NCBI GenBank assembly: GCA_029953675.1 | Contig: JAMWBK010000004.1 | Location: 2,356,001-2,420,000, forward strand | DNA: 64,000 nt | Direction: 5' to 3' | Origin: Rhodosorus marinus CCMP1338 | Lineage: Eukaryota; Plantae; Rhodophyta | Part shown: in pieces, positions 12,165 through 24,857 of the stretch | How the letters are laid out: the number at the start of each line of letters is the position of its first letter | Position numbering within the stretch: the first letter of the stretch is position 1 | Notes under the pieces: generated by a model | What the model was told of the DNA's origin: nothing | Databases searched by the model: none | Seen by the model: only the letters and a program-made list of their open reading frames with translations | Translations under genes and position numbers: made by a program

Positions 12165-13038
12165 ATGGAGGATCCTCCAAACGGTGTTTCATCTGGGACT
12201 GAAGAAATTTGCTTCAGAGGATGGTTCCGAGAAGATAGTCGACTAATATATGCTGATCATCTGGTATACGTGGAACTGAAGGGATCTAAGTTCACAGTTT
12301 ATGATGAACCGGTATGGTTTTTGTGCACTGCAAATGAGCTCGCGTCCACGCTGAGCCTGCGCCCTGCGCTCTAGCGTTTCCAAGCTTTGATATGCAACGT
12401 TCTATAGAATAGTTCTCACCTAGCTCTTTTCATTTGCAGGGAGCTGAGGCGTCTATCGAGTTGAACATTAAAGGCGGTGAAGTGCTCAGCAGAGAAAAGA
12501 ACTACAAAATTGTCCTCGAGACGCCACAAACTAAAATGCGCTTATACGCAGTAAATCTCCACGAGTACATGAACTGGTGTTCGGTCTTGCGGATAACGGC
12601 CGCTGGGGTAGGTACCGAAAAATTGCTCTGAATCAATGAGCTCAAGCACCGTTTACCCGAGCTGATGACTGTCCAAAAATGTTACAGGAAGCCTTCGACG
12701 ATTCAACTGAGGGTTTCTCGTTCGAGAAGCCGATGACTGCTGTGTTCACAGGTACGTCCAGCAGAGATACTACGTGTTGGTGAGAAAAAGAAAGTTCCTC
12801 ACGACTTTGTGTGTACCCTCCCACAGGCGAGAGAGGGCAAGCGACTGCTTTTCATAGACGAAAAGTTTCCGTTGACTTTGAAAGGCGGCCATCGTCCCTT
12901 GATCAAATGGGAGGAGTCCGCTCTGCCTCGTTCGACGTAAAGTCCGAACGTACACGTCCCCGTCCTACTTTCGAAAAGAGGAAATCCGGGCTGATGGGGA
13001 TGTTCAAACGGAAGGGAAGTACTAAACCCGAGTCCTGA
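12165..13038 (+). CDS. PH-domain protein, 4 exons
   Basis: Exons 12165-12311, 12440-12607, 12688-12751, 12827-13038 join in frame. PH pattern FRGWF...VYVELKGSKFTVY...LYAVNLHEYMNWCSVL. Confidence 0.75.
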
Positions 13039-14019
13039 TCATATCCCAAGCCCTTGTCTGCCTCAGTTCTATCTGGATAATATTCTCAGGGTTTTCGATT
13101 AAAAAACAATGCCTCAGGAAACGTCCCGTTCCGACAATCTGATTGTAGCAGGAGAGCGAGTGAAGATTGAAGAACCCCACGAAACTCAAAAAAGAAAACA
13201 GACTGAACAATCTTGACTTGACCTACCCCAAGTAAAAAATGACTAGCTGAGCTTTTACATTAGGAGATTCCACATTTTGCCAACCCTTCCTACCTCAGCC
13301 TGCCCGGAATGGTGCCAGCACTGGCAGCCTCCACATTCACCCAGAAGGAAACGGATTCCTCAACTGATTCAATCAACATTCTCCATACTGATTGAGGGAC
13401 GCGAGGATGGTAGATTGAATCCTCGATAAAAGAAGTCATTACAATAAAATATTACCAATTATCATCTAGAAAAACATTTTATCAGAGTAATGATTGGACG
13501 GGACGACCTTCCGCCAGAGCTCGGAATGAGCGAGATAGAGACAGCTGTCAAATCACGTTCGAAAAGGGAATCCTTTTGGTCTAACAATTTACTAAGAGCG
13601 CGACGTGAACTTTGAGTCATGCATGGCGGAAGGGGGTTAGTTAGAGAGCGACAAAACCATACAGGCATGTTCTACAAAATATATAATTTATGTGTATTTG
13701 GAAAGCGGGTAACTTGTAGTGAGGGGTGGACGGAAGGTTGATTTCTTTCGGGGTGAGAAATGGGGATGCGTTTGGACCACGACGATGGAGGTGGAAATAC
13801 GGGTTATATGGAATTCGGGCCTTTTTCTGCGTTTGGGGGGCGTTGATGGAGAAGGATTGGGTTTTGGATGGGGGGTTGCAAGGGTTTTTTGTAGAGATTG
13901 GGGAGGTGGGGTCGGTCGAGGGTGAGGGGTTTGTATAGAGTAGGTTTGTTGTCGTAATTGAGTTGGAAGAAGGGGCGGTGGGTGTATGTGTGTGGGGAGC
14001 TAGAATCAACGGAAAAAGG

Positions 14020-14400
14020 ATGGCTGCGTTTATTTCTGGTGTTGGAATCAGACTTGGTCAGATGGATGTCGCGAAGTGCGATGTTCAGGAGGCCTCGTCG
14101 GGGAGTAGATCTTCTGTGGTGATGATGGCCTGCAGGAGAAACTTGAAGTATGAGAAGAGGCTGAGGAACAGTGAGTATGCTAGAGCGCACAGGAAGAAGA
14201 CGGTTCGCGTGAACCGGAGGTCGGAGAACCAGGAAAAGAACGAATCCGACGGGCTGTACCTCGGCGAGATTTTCAACACTCTTAACTTTGGAGGAAAGGA
14301 TGAAAATGAGGGAGGAGGTGATAGGAGAGGTGACAGGGGAGGTGACAGAGGAGGTGACCGGGGAGGTGACAGGGGAGGTGACAAAGGAAAAGGAAATTAG
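14020..14400 (+). CDS. Small basic plastid-targeted protein with GDRG-repeat tail
   Basis: MAAF-type transit peptide, basic core ACRRNLKYEKRLRNSEYARAHRKK, tail of (GDRG)n. Confidence 0.65.
   Translation: MAAFISGVGIRLGQMDVAKCDVQEASSGSRSSVVMMACRRNLKYEKRLRNSEYARAHRKKTVRVNRRSENQEKNESDGLYLGEIFNTLNFGGKDENEGGGDRRGDRGGDRGGDRGGDRGGDKGKGN
14317..14388 (+). repeat. 12-bp tandem repeat x6 (coding GDRG)
   Basis: Six units of ggtgacagggga-like sequence. Confidence 0.95.
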
Positions 14401-14581
14401 ATCCTCCGCCATAAGACGCTTTGTGCCGAGGTTGCTCGCCGTGCTTGACTGAAGTTAGAATGCGTAGGTTTCTTTGTGTGTATTACCCAGTCGCGATTTG
14501 ATTGTTATGAGAAAACGCGTGCGCAATGCAGACATTTTCTCGGTAGTAAATTCAAGATTTCCCTTGTCCTACTAGTATTTG

Positions 14582-14811
14582 ATATTCAAGGTGGATTTGC
14601 TTGCTTCACTTGAGATCGGTTGTGGAAATACGTTTCTACAAGATCCGAGATCGGGAGTGAGCTGTGACTGTTCCCTTCGGAGTGAAGGATTATTGAATAT
14701 TCAAGGTGGATTTGCTTGCTTCACTTGAGATCGGTTGTGGAAATACGTTTCTACAAGATCCGAGATCGGGAGTGAACTGTGACTGTTCCCTTCGGAGTGA
14801 AGCATTATTGA
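14582..14811. repeat. 115-bp tandem duplication x2
   Basis: atattcaagg...ttattga starts at 14582 and again at 14697; 2 mismatches. Confidence 0.95.
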
Positions 14812-15991
14812 ACCGTTGTACTCGGTCCCGCGGTGGCCCAAAGAACAGCTGCCTGTACTGGTGTGCTCCGCTACTCATTCATCCTCCTAGCCCGAGTAAG
14901 AAAGGCACAGTCTTCAGCGTCCATATTAACCCCTACATCAATTGGACACTCCCAGCACATGTCTTGTGAAGGCTCTGCTTCTGCTCAGGTCCCTGGAACA
15001 CCTCGCGAATAGTTTGAGCGGCATCGCAGTCGATGAGGAGCCGTTTTCTAGCTGATAGGCGATTGTATGCTTCGTAAGCCGGTTTCGATCTATCCCAAAC
15101 TCACAAACCAATAGTTTCAGCGGATAGCGAACATGCTAGCCGTTGCTACCTCTTCAGAAAACAAGAAACCAGCCAGTCCGAGAGGTCCCATCCCTGGACC
15201 TTACAACGAATTCCATTGGTCAATAAGAACGGATTTTCGAGCTGATTAGACGTTGCTTGAGATGTTTTACAATGCCGCAAGGTGGTCAGCTGATCTCTCC
15301 TCTACCACCAACATCAAGCAAAACTCAAAAAGTCGCTTAGAGCCCGACCCCAGCCGATAGTACAAGATCGTATCAAGAGTATCTTAGCCATCTAGTTCCT
15401 TTACAAAAGAGACACATTGTATAACGATCTTTACCAAACAATTCTGACTATGCGGAACGGTATAATTTCAATGTAATTTCAAAAATCATTGTAAACTTCA
15501 TTGTAAATATCATAGTATAAGGAGACCGCTCTGAAAAATGGTAAAAAATCGATCGCAGCGTTGAAAAAGCTACTAATTTCTTGCGGCAGAGCCGTTTCGG
15601 AGAGGTAACATCAACTGCTCCATACGCGATGAGGGTGGGTCGTTGGCCCGACGAAAAGAACCGTTTTTCAATTTCTCCTTGGAACCCCTGTGGACGTTGT
15701 TGTCAATAGTTTTTGTCCCAAAAAAGCTGGATTTTTGAGAGAAGCGGAGAGGAGAGTGGATTCTCGATTGCAAATGGGGTAACGAGGACCGTTTTGGGAA
15801 GAGTGAAGTTGGGGAAGGTAGTGTGGGGATTGATGTAGCTGTTATTCCTTTTTGGGGATGTGTGTGTTTTGACAAGGTGAAGATTGAAGTAGAAATAAGA
15901 CGAGCTAACTTTTTAAGTAGTTTGGTGGTGTTCGAATTCACCTAGTTTGTGTTTGTGTTTCTTATTTGTGTTGGGGAATCCTAGACCCAAG

Positions 15992-16860
15992 ATGATTGCG
16001 AGTGCCGTTCTTCGTGGGAGGTTGGCTACTAGGGTGGGTGGTGCGGGTATCAAGGACTTTGCACGGGGGATGTCTACTTTGAGAAAGGGAGGGCGTTTTG
16101 AATCGGAGAGTGTGAGAAACACAAGCAGCTTGACACATCAGAAGGAGGAGGGGTACGCGGACATCGTCCCGAAAACACTCGAGGACACCGGTCTCCCGAT
16201 GAAGTTCTCGCATGAATATTATAATCATAGTCATCTGATTAATCCGCGAGATAAAACGAAGCGCACGACTGCCTACCTGCTGCTCGGAGCACCTAAAATG
16301 ATTCTGGCTTCTATTGGAAGGTCAGCAGTGTTGACGGTGGTTTATGCATTGTCCGCCTCTGCAGATGTTCTTGCTTTGGGTACTGTTGAGGTGGAGCTTG
16401 CCGGAATACCTGAAGGGTCTACGGCAACTATTAAATGGCGTGGAAAACCCGTCTTCATCCGCCATAGAACAGCAGACCAAATCGCCGCAGCTGGGTCAGA
16501 TGATGGTAAGTTTAAATTGCTCTTGTTGAAGCTCAGGTGGATATGATCCAAGTAAAGTCTGGAACTCAATGGCTGCGTTGCACTTGTAATCGTCGTTTCT
16601 GTGCAGAATCTGACCTGAGAGACCCGGAGGCTGACCAGCATCGCGTCCAGGATCCGAAGTGGTGCGTGGTTTTGGGTGTTTGCACTCACCTTGGTTGTGT
16701 TCCGGTGGCGGATGCCGGCGACTACGGAGGTTGGTTCTGCCCGTGCCACGGGTCACACTACGACTTGTCAGGACGAATCAGAAAGGGCCCGGCTCCCACA
16801 AACCTAGAGGTACCTCCCTACTCTTTCATCGAGGATGGTGAGAAGCTGTTGCTCGGATGA
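15992..16860 (+). CDS. UQCRFS1: Mitochondrial cytochrome bc1 Rieske iron-sulfur protein, 2 exons
   Basis: Intron 16506-16606. [48 protein letters not shown]. Confidence 0.97.
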
Positions 16861-18136
16861 GCTAGATGAAACCTCCGACGAAAAGCAGATGTTAAAAAGG
16901 CGGATATTTGAAGAAACAAAACTTAGTCTATAACGCCATTCTCCTCACCCAGTTGCGCTCGTCATGATGTGCAAGGGAATAGAGAATGGAGAAAATCTTG
17001 TAAAAGTTCCAAACCTCACCATGACCCTTTTGGTGGTGAAACGAAAAGGCTGTTTCCAGGGGGCTCGACTTCTTTTGGAATTTTCGTTTGTTTCGGGTTA
17101 GTTCGCCAACACATGGGATCGCCCCTTGTCTATAGCCGCGCAGCCTCGACTTTCAGCCCACGAGCCCAATTTTCTTGCCTCTGAAAACTGGAGTTCATCC
17201 CCAGACACGCGGAGTTGTGTCAGCAGCAAACCAAGTGGCAGAGGTCTCTGTGTAGAAGCGCCATGCTGCAGTTTCTTGCTAGTAAACCCGCAACCGTATA
17301 GCAAACTCTAAACCAGCACATTCAGTGCACATCCAGTGTGTGTCCGTGTTGCCGTCTGACTTGGTTGTTTTAACGCTCCAATCACTCACTGTTTGGTGCG
17401 AGTTTCACTTGGGCCTGAACGACTTTCTCTTCGATTTGATTTTCTTTTGCTTGCGTTCTAAAACAGAGCTACCTCGTCGACATTATTTATGCTCTAAAAC
17501 TGCTTTCGGTCCCTTTCGTTCAGGTGGTAAACGCAGTTGGTTCGCACTTTGAAGTAAGCAGCTGACTTCACCTGGTTTAGCTTCCCACTCTGGATTTCAC
17601 CACTGTTGCCAATGGAGCTGGATAAAGAAACACGCCCTCCGGATCAGAGCGCAGGGAATACTAAAAACCACGGACTCCGCTGAGCTGCTTCATCGAAATT
17701 GATTGTAAGTCAATCTAAATCAAATGATGGAGAGCTCGACCAGCCGAAAAACGTATTAAAATTGTATCCACATCGTTCCTTTTCTAATACATTCCTAATA
17801 GCTACCGAATCCTGCCCCTTTCCAATTCCGCATTCCGATAAAAGAACAACCACTTAACCCCCCCTACCGTTGACACCGATGAATTCGTATCCTTCATTTT
17901 ATTTAAATAAAAATCTTTCTGTTCCTAAGTTTTTGACCGGCAGAGTATCGCCCTTTTGTTTTTCTGCTCCGAAGAAATATGTTCAGAGGGGTTGTTTGGG
18001 GTAACTTAGTGGGTGATTGTCGGGTACCATTTTCCAGTGAGAGATCGTCACGTTTGGCCTGTGAAAAGTTATTAAAAAAGTTTGCAGTCGCTGATATCCC
18101 GAAATGGTAATAAAAGGGCTGATACAAAATTTGCAG

Positions 18137-19604
18137 AGGGGATGGCCTGCAGGCAGCAGCTTGGGTTTGGAAGGGGAGCAAGGACGAGGAGGCTTGTGAA
18201 CTTTTGCTTCGCACGGAGAGTATAGCAGAGACTGGTGAGCGTGTATAGGACTTCTGCCTTGTCTTGTTGCCACATCAGCATGTAAGTGTTAGGCGGACAT
18301 CTTCAGCCTTTCAGTGGAACACAGGATCTAAGAACTGGTTTGGTTTACTTTTTCCCTCTTGTGCAATATCTGGTTCGCGTCTATGAAAGGCTGCTGGAAC
18401 TTCCTGATGAAACGCTGTTCGACGTCCTGTAAGAGCTAACTCCCACGAAATTCAGGGGTTCTCATGGCTGCCTCGCTTACTAACTCTAGTTGCACTCCCC
18501 TTATGTGGTTGCTAGAATGAAATTGGATGGTGGCTCATTATGTCGTGTATCCGTTACTCACTCGGTAGGCTTTGAGAGATACGTCGCTCGGTTTTGGAGA
18601 GCTGATCTGATTGGTACCCTTTTTCCTGTCCATGGTATTCCCGGCAATTCCATCATGTTAGAGGATTAGCCTAATGTGCAGAGAACGGATCTGGCCCTCC
18701 AAGGTAATTACAGCACGGTATGCTTGCATCACTTAACAGGATGCAAAAACTGAATAATTGTGCCTGCTGCGGTTGTTAACAGGCCGCCCAGCTCCTCGGT
18801 GTTAAGAGTGTAACCGGGAACCCGATCAAGGGTTGGCTGAGATTTTATAGAAACATGTCTGGACCTAGCGGAAGAGATGGTGGTGCTTGCAACCTGTATA
18901 TTCTACACGAGGTTGGCGACACTGATACAATTCAGGTATGAGTGCAACTCGCAACATACCAGACACTTGCAGACACTGAATATGGAGATTGTCCGTTTGC
19001 CAGGGGCTTTCCCTCCGCTACGAAGTGGACACTGATCTACTCTGTAGATACAACGCTCTAATGAGCCAACATCATTTGACCCACAGAAGCCAAGTGTTCA
19101 TACCAGTTGTTCATGAAGAGCACCGCATGTGGTAGGCCAATCGCAAATAGTTCAGGAGTGGGATTTTGCTCTACGTTTAAGGATAGTTCCAAGCTCGTCG
19201 TTTTGGAGTTTACGAAGCTACAACATGCTCTTTGCACTCTTCCTATGACTCAAGGTACAAAGAGAAAACGGGTGATATTGTCTATGACCCACACGTTGGT
19301 AGGGAGTACGTTGTGATTCGAAAGGTTGCCACGGAAAGAGTCAAACGCAAGGAGGTACGACACGCATCTCGTAGACTCCGTTCGCACTAGGGAGCGAAGT
19401 TCGGAGAGCCTGATCAGCCGAGTTCTAAAACTGCAGGATAGAGACCTACGACGACAACGCATTCGTGACCTCATGGTGAGCCTTGTTGCCAGAGGACTTC
19501 ATGTTGAGGAGGCTGAGGCAAGATTCTACCTTGATGACGCCAACATGGACGTAGGTCTTGCATGTCGTACTCTAGTGGAGGACAGGAAGTGGAGCTCATC
19601 CTAG
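18137..19604 (+). CDS. F-box + LysM + C-terminal UBA-like protein (architecture of Arabidopsis At1g55000); 5' end unresolved
   Basis: Spliced peptide LLELPDETLFDVL/MKLDGGSLCRVSVTHS (F-box); HEVGDTDTIQ/GLSLRYEVDTDLLCRYNAL...QVFIP (LysM); C-terminal ARFYLDDANMDVGLAC...EDRKW. Confidence 0.8.
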
Positions 19605-19827
19605 ATAGGAAGCCAAGCTCTAAGGCAAGGTGATTTTACTTTAACTAGTTAATATTGTTATTAAAACATTCGCGAAAGTGACTGTTCAGTAGTGAGCACC
19701 AGGAGCAACCCCCTCCCCGCGACACACGCTTGGTCCTATAGCCCGACATTGTCACTGCTGGCTAGTATAATGCGTAACTTCGCATCCCCGCTCAGCACCG
19801 ACAGGTCACTGTACTCTACACAGTGAT

Positions 19828-21639
19828 TTACTCTTCAACCGCACGCGCACACTCAACAACCGCCTTTAGTATAGTGTCCTCAATATCCTCACCAAAGCGC
19901 CCAGGTAGCCCGTAGAGGACCGCGCTTCGCTCACCTGCTTCGTAACCACCGTGTCGAACCATCTCTTTGGATGGGATGTATCCCATCACCTCACCAGCAT
20001 AGCCAGCAGCGAAGACCAAACCCTTCAGTCTCTGTCGCAGGATGAGACTGTACTCGGAAGTGGGCTCCCCACTCAACGCAACGAAAACGGTAGAATTGCC
20101 TATCGAACACACCTGTGCCAACGAGAGTAACCCTCCAGCTTAGCCAAGAAGTACTGCAGAAAATTTCCTTCTGTCCTATACTCATGAGAGCGGTAAGAAC
20201 AGAGCAAAGTGGATGACTTCGTTACCTACCCAAACAGGATAGGACAGAGACTGAAAGAAGGTGTCATCCAGTCGAGGTAACTCCAAGAGAATCAAGTTGG
20301 CTAGTCGACTCGAGTAGGTGTCCTCCTCGTTCCGTGAAAGACGCTTGAGATTCCTTCTATCATGCGTCAACGCCTTGTAGTTGAGGTTCACCTCCTGATG
20401 TCGACATTTAATACGGCCTCCGATACCTTGCTCGTTTCTCAGTGAACCGTCCGAGATTACAGCTTCGGCTATTCTGTTCGCATGTTCCTTGGCCAAGCTC
20501 ACGTCACCTCGAGGATACAGGTTCGTGTCACCTGAGCATCCAGGAATATACACTGCCGTAGCACCTACGGAGCCAAACAACCACGTCGTCAGCAACCACA
20601 ATCGCGAATGGACTATCAACGAACGAGTAGTTCCAGAATCACGAACCGGGTAGTGAATTCTCGACGAATCTCCGAGCGAAGCCCATCCAATCGTTGCTGT
20701 ATCGGTACTCCTTTGTCAGCACAGTGCCGTGCGCAGCGTATCCAAACATACAGCTGAGCACGGTTCGATCTCTCCTCCTCGCTATAAAAACCGGTACTGT
20801 GTGATCGAATGGTCCATTCACGTTTCCACCAAGTTCAAAGCCTTTCTCACTGTTGTAGACTCTGTTCACGGCGTTGTTGCTTTGCCCAAAGCTCGCTGAC
20901 AGTGTGCACCCGTCTTCAGCGGACTCGATCGCACCCTGCAATGCGTTCTCACTCTGTAAGGACAGAACAAGTGAACAGTTTGAGAGGTCAGAACCGTCCT
21001 TGCTAGCCATGCTCCATGAGAATGTGCTTGAGGACAATCAGTGAAGCGCGCAAGAACTCACTACTTGCACTAGCCGTCTAGCATAGGCATCAACAAGTTT
21101 CTGTTCGTTGGGGCTTAGTTTATGAAGCACTCGCAGGTTGCGCCCTACCACGGGTCCAGAGTGAGTATGTGAGAAAAACAGCAGAGTCGACTCCCGCTTT
21201 GCACGAAACCTATTCCACAAAGGCAAGAACTAGATCAGTGACCATCGCGAGAATGGTCGCTGGTTTGAAGTTTACGCGGAGCTTGGCAAGCCGGCTACCT
21301 CGTATGCAGCTTTTCGTAAATTTGATCTGAGAGCTCACGACTTGCTCCAATAAGATCGTAGGTGAGAACTAATAATTGGGAGCTTGTGTCGCGGTGAACT
21401 AGGGAAACGCCGGTAACTCTGAGCGGATCAAGCACGCCTTCGGCAGACCGGTTTCTCGAGGAAAATCCAGCCATCGGAAGGCCTACGTCGGGAGTAACGT
21501 CGACCCATTTGACACCAACCGCAAACTCTCCTCTGGGATTCAAACCAAGCAAGACTATGAAAGTAAGCGAATCCAATACCACTCCCACCCCCAGTATGAA
21601 GCAAATACCGATTATCCCATCACATTTCGTCCGCCTCAT
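19828..21639 (-). CDS. Neutral/alkaline ceramidase N-terminal-domain hydrolase, prokaryote-type, multi-exon, N-terminal membrane anchor
   Basis: DVTP...PMAGF, DPLRV, YDLIG, FSHTHSGP, FGYAAHGT, GCSGD, LSGEP, GYAGEVMGYIPS...GGYEA, found across ORFs 21295-21651, 21038-21226, 20639-21037, 20182-20619 and 19828-20121. Confidence 0.8.
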
Positions 21640-22670
21640 TTGCTTCGGCACAGCTTTCCCCCTTCACAATTTGCAAAGCCAGGCGGACATTTCTATCCTT
21701 CGCATAGCCCGAATGCACTTACTATTCAGCTAGTTGCTCAAATTGTTTTCACTTCGATGAAAAATGGACTTCCTCCTGAACCACACGCATATCCCCTTCG
21801 TCTCTTAGAACTCTATACCGGCTACCAAACAGCACATCGAACAGGCGAAGGCTACCGTAGTCAGTTAAAAGTATATCTTATTCATCGTCTTAAATAGCTT
21901 TCTCGAAATGTTCCTTTCCACCTTCTGAAAACTTAGTACGAAAAGTTATCTTCCCCCAACAGATGTTATTGGGGGTTCACGAAAACGGTCCCTACGTGGA
22001 TTCGGTGTGTTGGCGTGGGTTTTCAATTTTTCTTCGTTCTTGAGACCGCGGCAACGCTTCTTCTTCGTCAGCAATTGTTTTGGCTGTTGTCGAGCGGGAG
22101 CACATCATCGCCGACCATCGGGGGTTGTGAAGCGTGGGATTTACCCAGATTGCAACGGGTTTCGTAGAGGCTTTTAGTTTGTTTGGAGGCAACTCCTGTG
22201 ACTATTATTTTTTTATTTCGTTTCTTGTTTCTGTGGGGTGGAGGAAAACGATAGCAACACGTGGAAGAAGGCGCGGGAAGTTTTTTCTTGGCGGGACTGT
22301 GATAAAGTGGTGCTGTTCCAGTTGAAACGGCTTCATTTCGTTTGGAACGCAAGCTCCCTACTTCTTGTTAGAAGGGTTTGGACCGTGAGGGACTTTGAGG
22401 AAGGAAGTCTTCCAACAAACGGGGATAGTGAGTGCTCGAGCTACTTTTTTTTTTTGAAGGCTTTGTACTTGAAAGCTTCTGTGTCTTGGGTTTTTGGTGA
22501 GCTTCGTTGTGCGGAAGGACGTCCTTTTTATTAAAGAGCTGTGACGTAGTTTTGGTTGTGGAACAAGCGCGTCACACCAACGCGGAAGAGGGACTTCCGG
22601 ACTGCTGCGACTGCTTTTTAGTTGTTTGGTTTGTACGGGGTAGTAAACTCTGAATGCACTGTTAGGCGCT

Positions 22671-23769
22671 ATGGTTTGTTTTGTCAATAGCTGTGTAGTG
22701 AGACCAGGGCGTCGACTAAGTGTGGATTCGAGAAGAAGGCAATGGGTCGAGTTCAGACCGATACGTTTGATGAAAGAACCGCCAAACGCAGAGATTTTTG
22801 ATGAGGAGGATTTGGAGGAGGACGATGACTATGCGGTAGTTGAAGGGAAGAATGTAAACGACCTCTTGGCGAGATTAATTGAGAGGGGAAAGGACCTTTT
22901 TGATGCAGATCTTGACTCGGATGAGAACTCAGATGTTGCTGAGTACGACCGGTCATATACTGAAGAGGAAGAAGTTGACACGGCCAAATCTGCTATCAGT
23001 GCTTATCAGAACAGGGATGAGAAGGAATCAGCCGAAGTCTTTTTCGATAGTGATAATATTCAGCACCTCCCGCGATGGGCTCAGGAAAAACATGAAGAAG
23101 GTACATGGCAAGAGTTTGTAAAGGGCAGTGAGAGGTAAGACAGTGGTGGTGTTTTCAGCTTCCCGAGCGTGAGCACTCCTGCTGAGACGAGATCCTTGTT
23201 TTGGCAGGGTCAGTGGGAGCTTTGCACCTCCTGGCGGTCGTTCTTTGGACACGTTCAACACCACTGAAGGCGAGGGGGGTTTCGGATTGGACAGCCTGAC
23301 CGTAGAGGCGCTGGCGAACGACTACAGACTTCCTATGGAACTGGTGCTGAGCAAGATGTTTGAGCTAGGGGCTGCGCTACCTATGTCTTCTCAAGATAAG
23401 ATTAGAGATTGCCTGGAAAGTAAGGAGCAACTTGACTCCCTGCTAGAGATGGTGACCTCTTTCGACTCCGCCGACGTGAGTAGCTCACTATCAAGACGCA
23501 AAGGGTTTCGTCATTTTCTCCTCAGATCAACCGAACAGCAGATTTACCCCTTTCTCCTTTTGGATCACGCGTAGCTCGGAGAAAACTATTCGGAGAACAC
23601 TGTTGAAGATCTAGCGTACGAATACGACTTCGATACAAACCTTCTAATGGACATCTGCCATAGCGAAGACATCTACTTGTGGTTTAAGGAAAAAACGCAT
23701 CTGCTTAAGATCGATGAGGAGATCGTTATCTCTCATCTGGAAGGTCTCATGGGAAGGAATTCTTATTAG
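22671..23769 (+). CDS. Acidic, probably plastid-targeted protein with two IF2-N-like helical repeats, about 3 exons
   Basis: Transit-like MVCFVNS start, Asp/Glu-rich region, then repeats TVEALANDYRLPMELVL and TVEDLAYEYDFDTNLLM. Last exon ends at TAG 23767-23769. Confidence 0.55.
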
Positions 23770-24857
23770 GCTCGACGAAACCCCCACCGTTGAATGGATA
23801 CGAGAAGACCAATTCTACAACCAGGTCCTCATCCTGCATGAACCGTTCATCAGCGGGCACATCTGTTAACCTGGGTACGAGTTGTCTTTAGAGCCAAGGC
23901 CAGGAGGCGCACACCTGATACATCTACACACACGCCTAATGTCGCATTTATAATCGTCAACCTTGCTGAGGCGAAAGACCGTTTCCATATAAGAAGAGTG
24001 TTTGGTGCCTCGCGACAATGACTTAACTTTGGGATGCCGTCATGGTTGTTAAGACTACCGTCGAATCCTGAAGCGGTTTTGAGTGCGAAGAGTACGTAAA
24101 GGTTCTTCGAGACGACAAAATCTTACAACTTGACGAATCGATACAAGAACAGTTTCCAAGCGAGCACCGTAGACGAACACAGCTGGGCAATGGCCTTCTT
24201 CTCCATGATCGGAGTTGTCTCGGCAAACGGGCGAAGTGTTGAATCCTGGGGACGGGACTGTGCTCATGCCGATTATAGAAACGAAAGTTTAGGGAGGTTT
24301 GAAGAGTTGATCGACTGCCTAACCAGTCACTCGGCCCACACGCATCAACGGGAAGGGGCGCTCGGCGTTGGATTCGCCAGTTGTTTGTCGATGATGCTTG
24401 TTGTCTAGCGAGTTGATTTCTCCGCGATATTTGTTTTACGATGAACCCACCCTTACTAAAGTATTGCTCCAAGGCAGAAGAGAGTTCCGATTCAGCCTTT
24501 TCCATATAGTTCCGATCTGATTTCTACTAATCAAAACGGTCCAGGAGAACTTGGTCTCCAGGACCTAATCACCAGAAAACCAAGTCTTTGCTGTGTCGTC
24601 AGCGCGATGAGAACAGATTCAGTTGCGTCAGCGAGCAAGAGAAATCAACAGCTTCTGCGTCTTTTGCAGAAGAGTCTTCACCACTCGCCTGCTTGAAACT
24701 ACGAGGAAGGTCTTCTAAAGTAGGTTTCTTCGTACGAACTCCGCTTGCGTCGGGTAGAAAACAGGAGATCTGAACGTTTGTGAACGTGAACAGTTTGACA
24801 ACTTCTTGGAACTGTTAACGTGCTGAGTTTTGGAGGAAGTAGTTTTTTACCAGGACG

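Noticed and set aside
23747-24505. Possible multi-exon minus-strand gene overlapping the end of the 22671-23769 gene
   Set aside because: Exon-like frames exist, but I could not build a consistent splice path or recognise a family.
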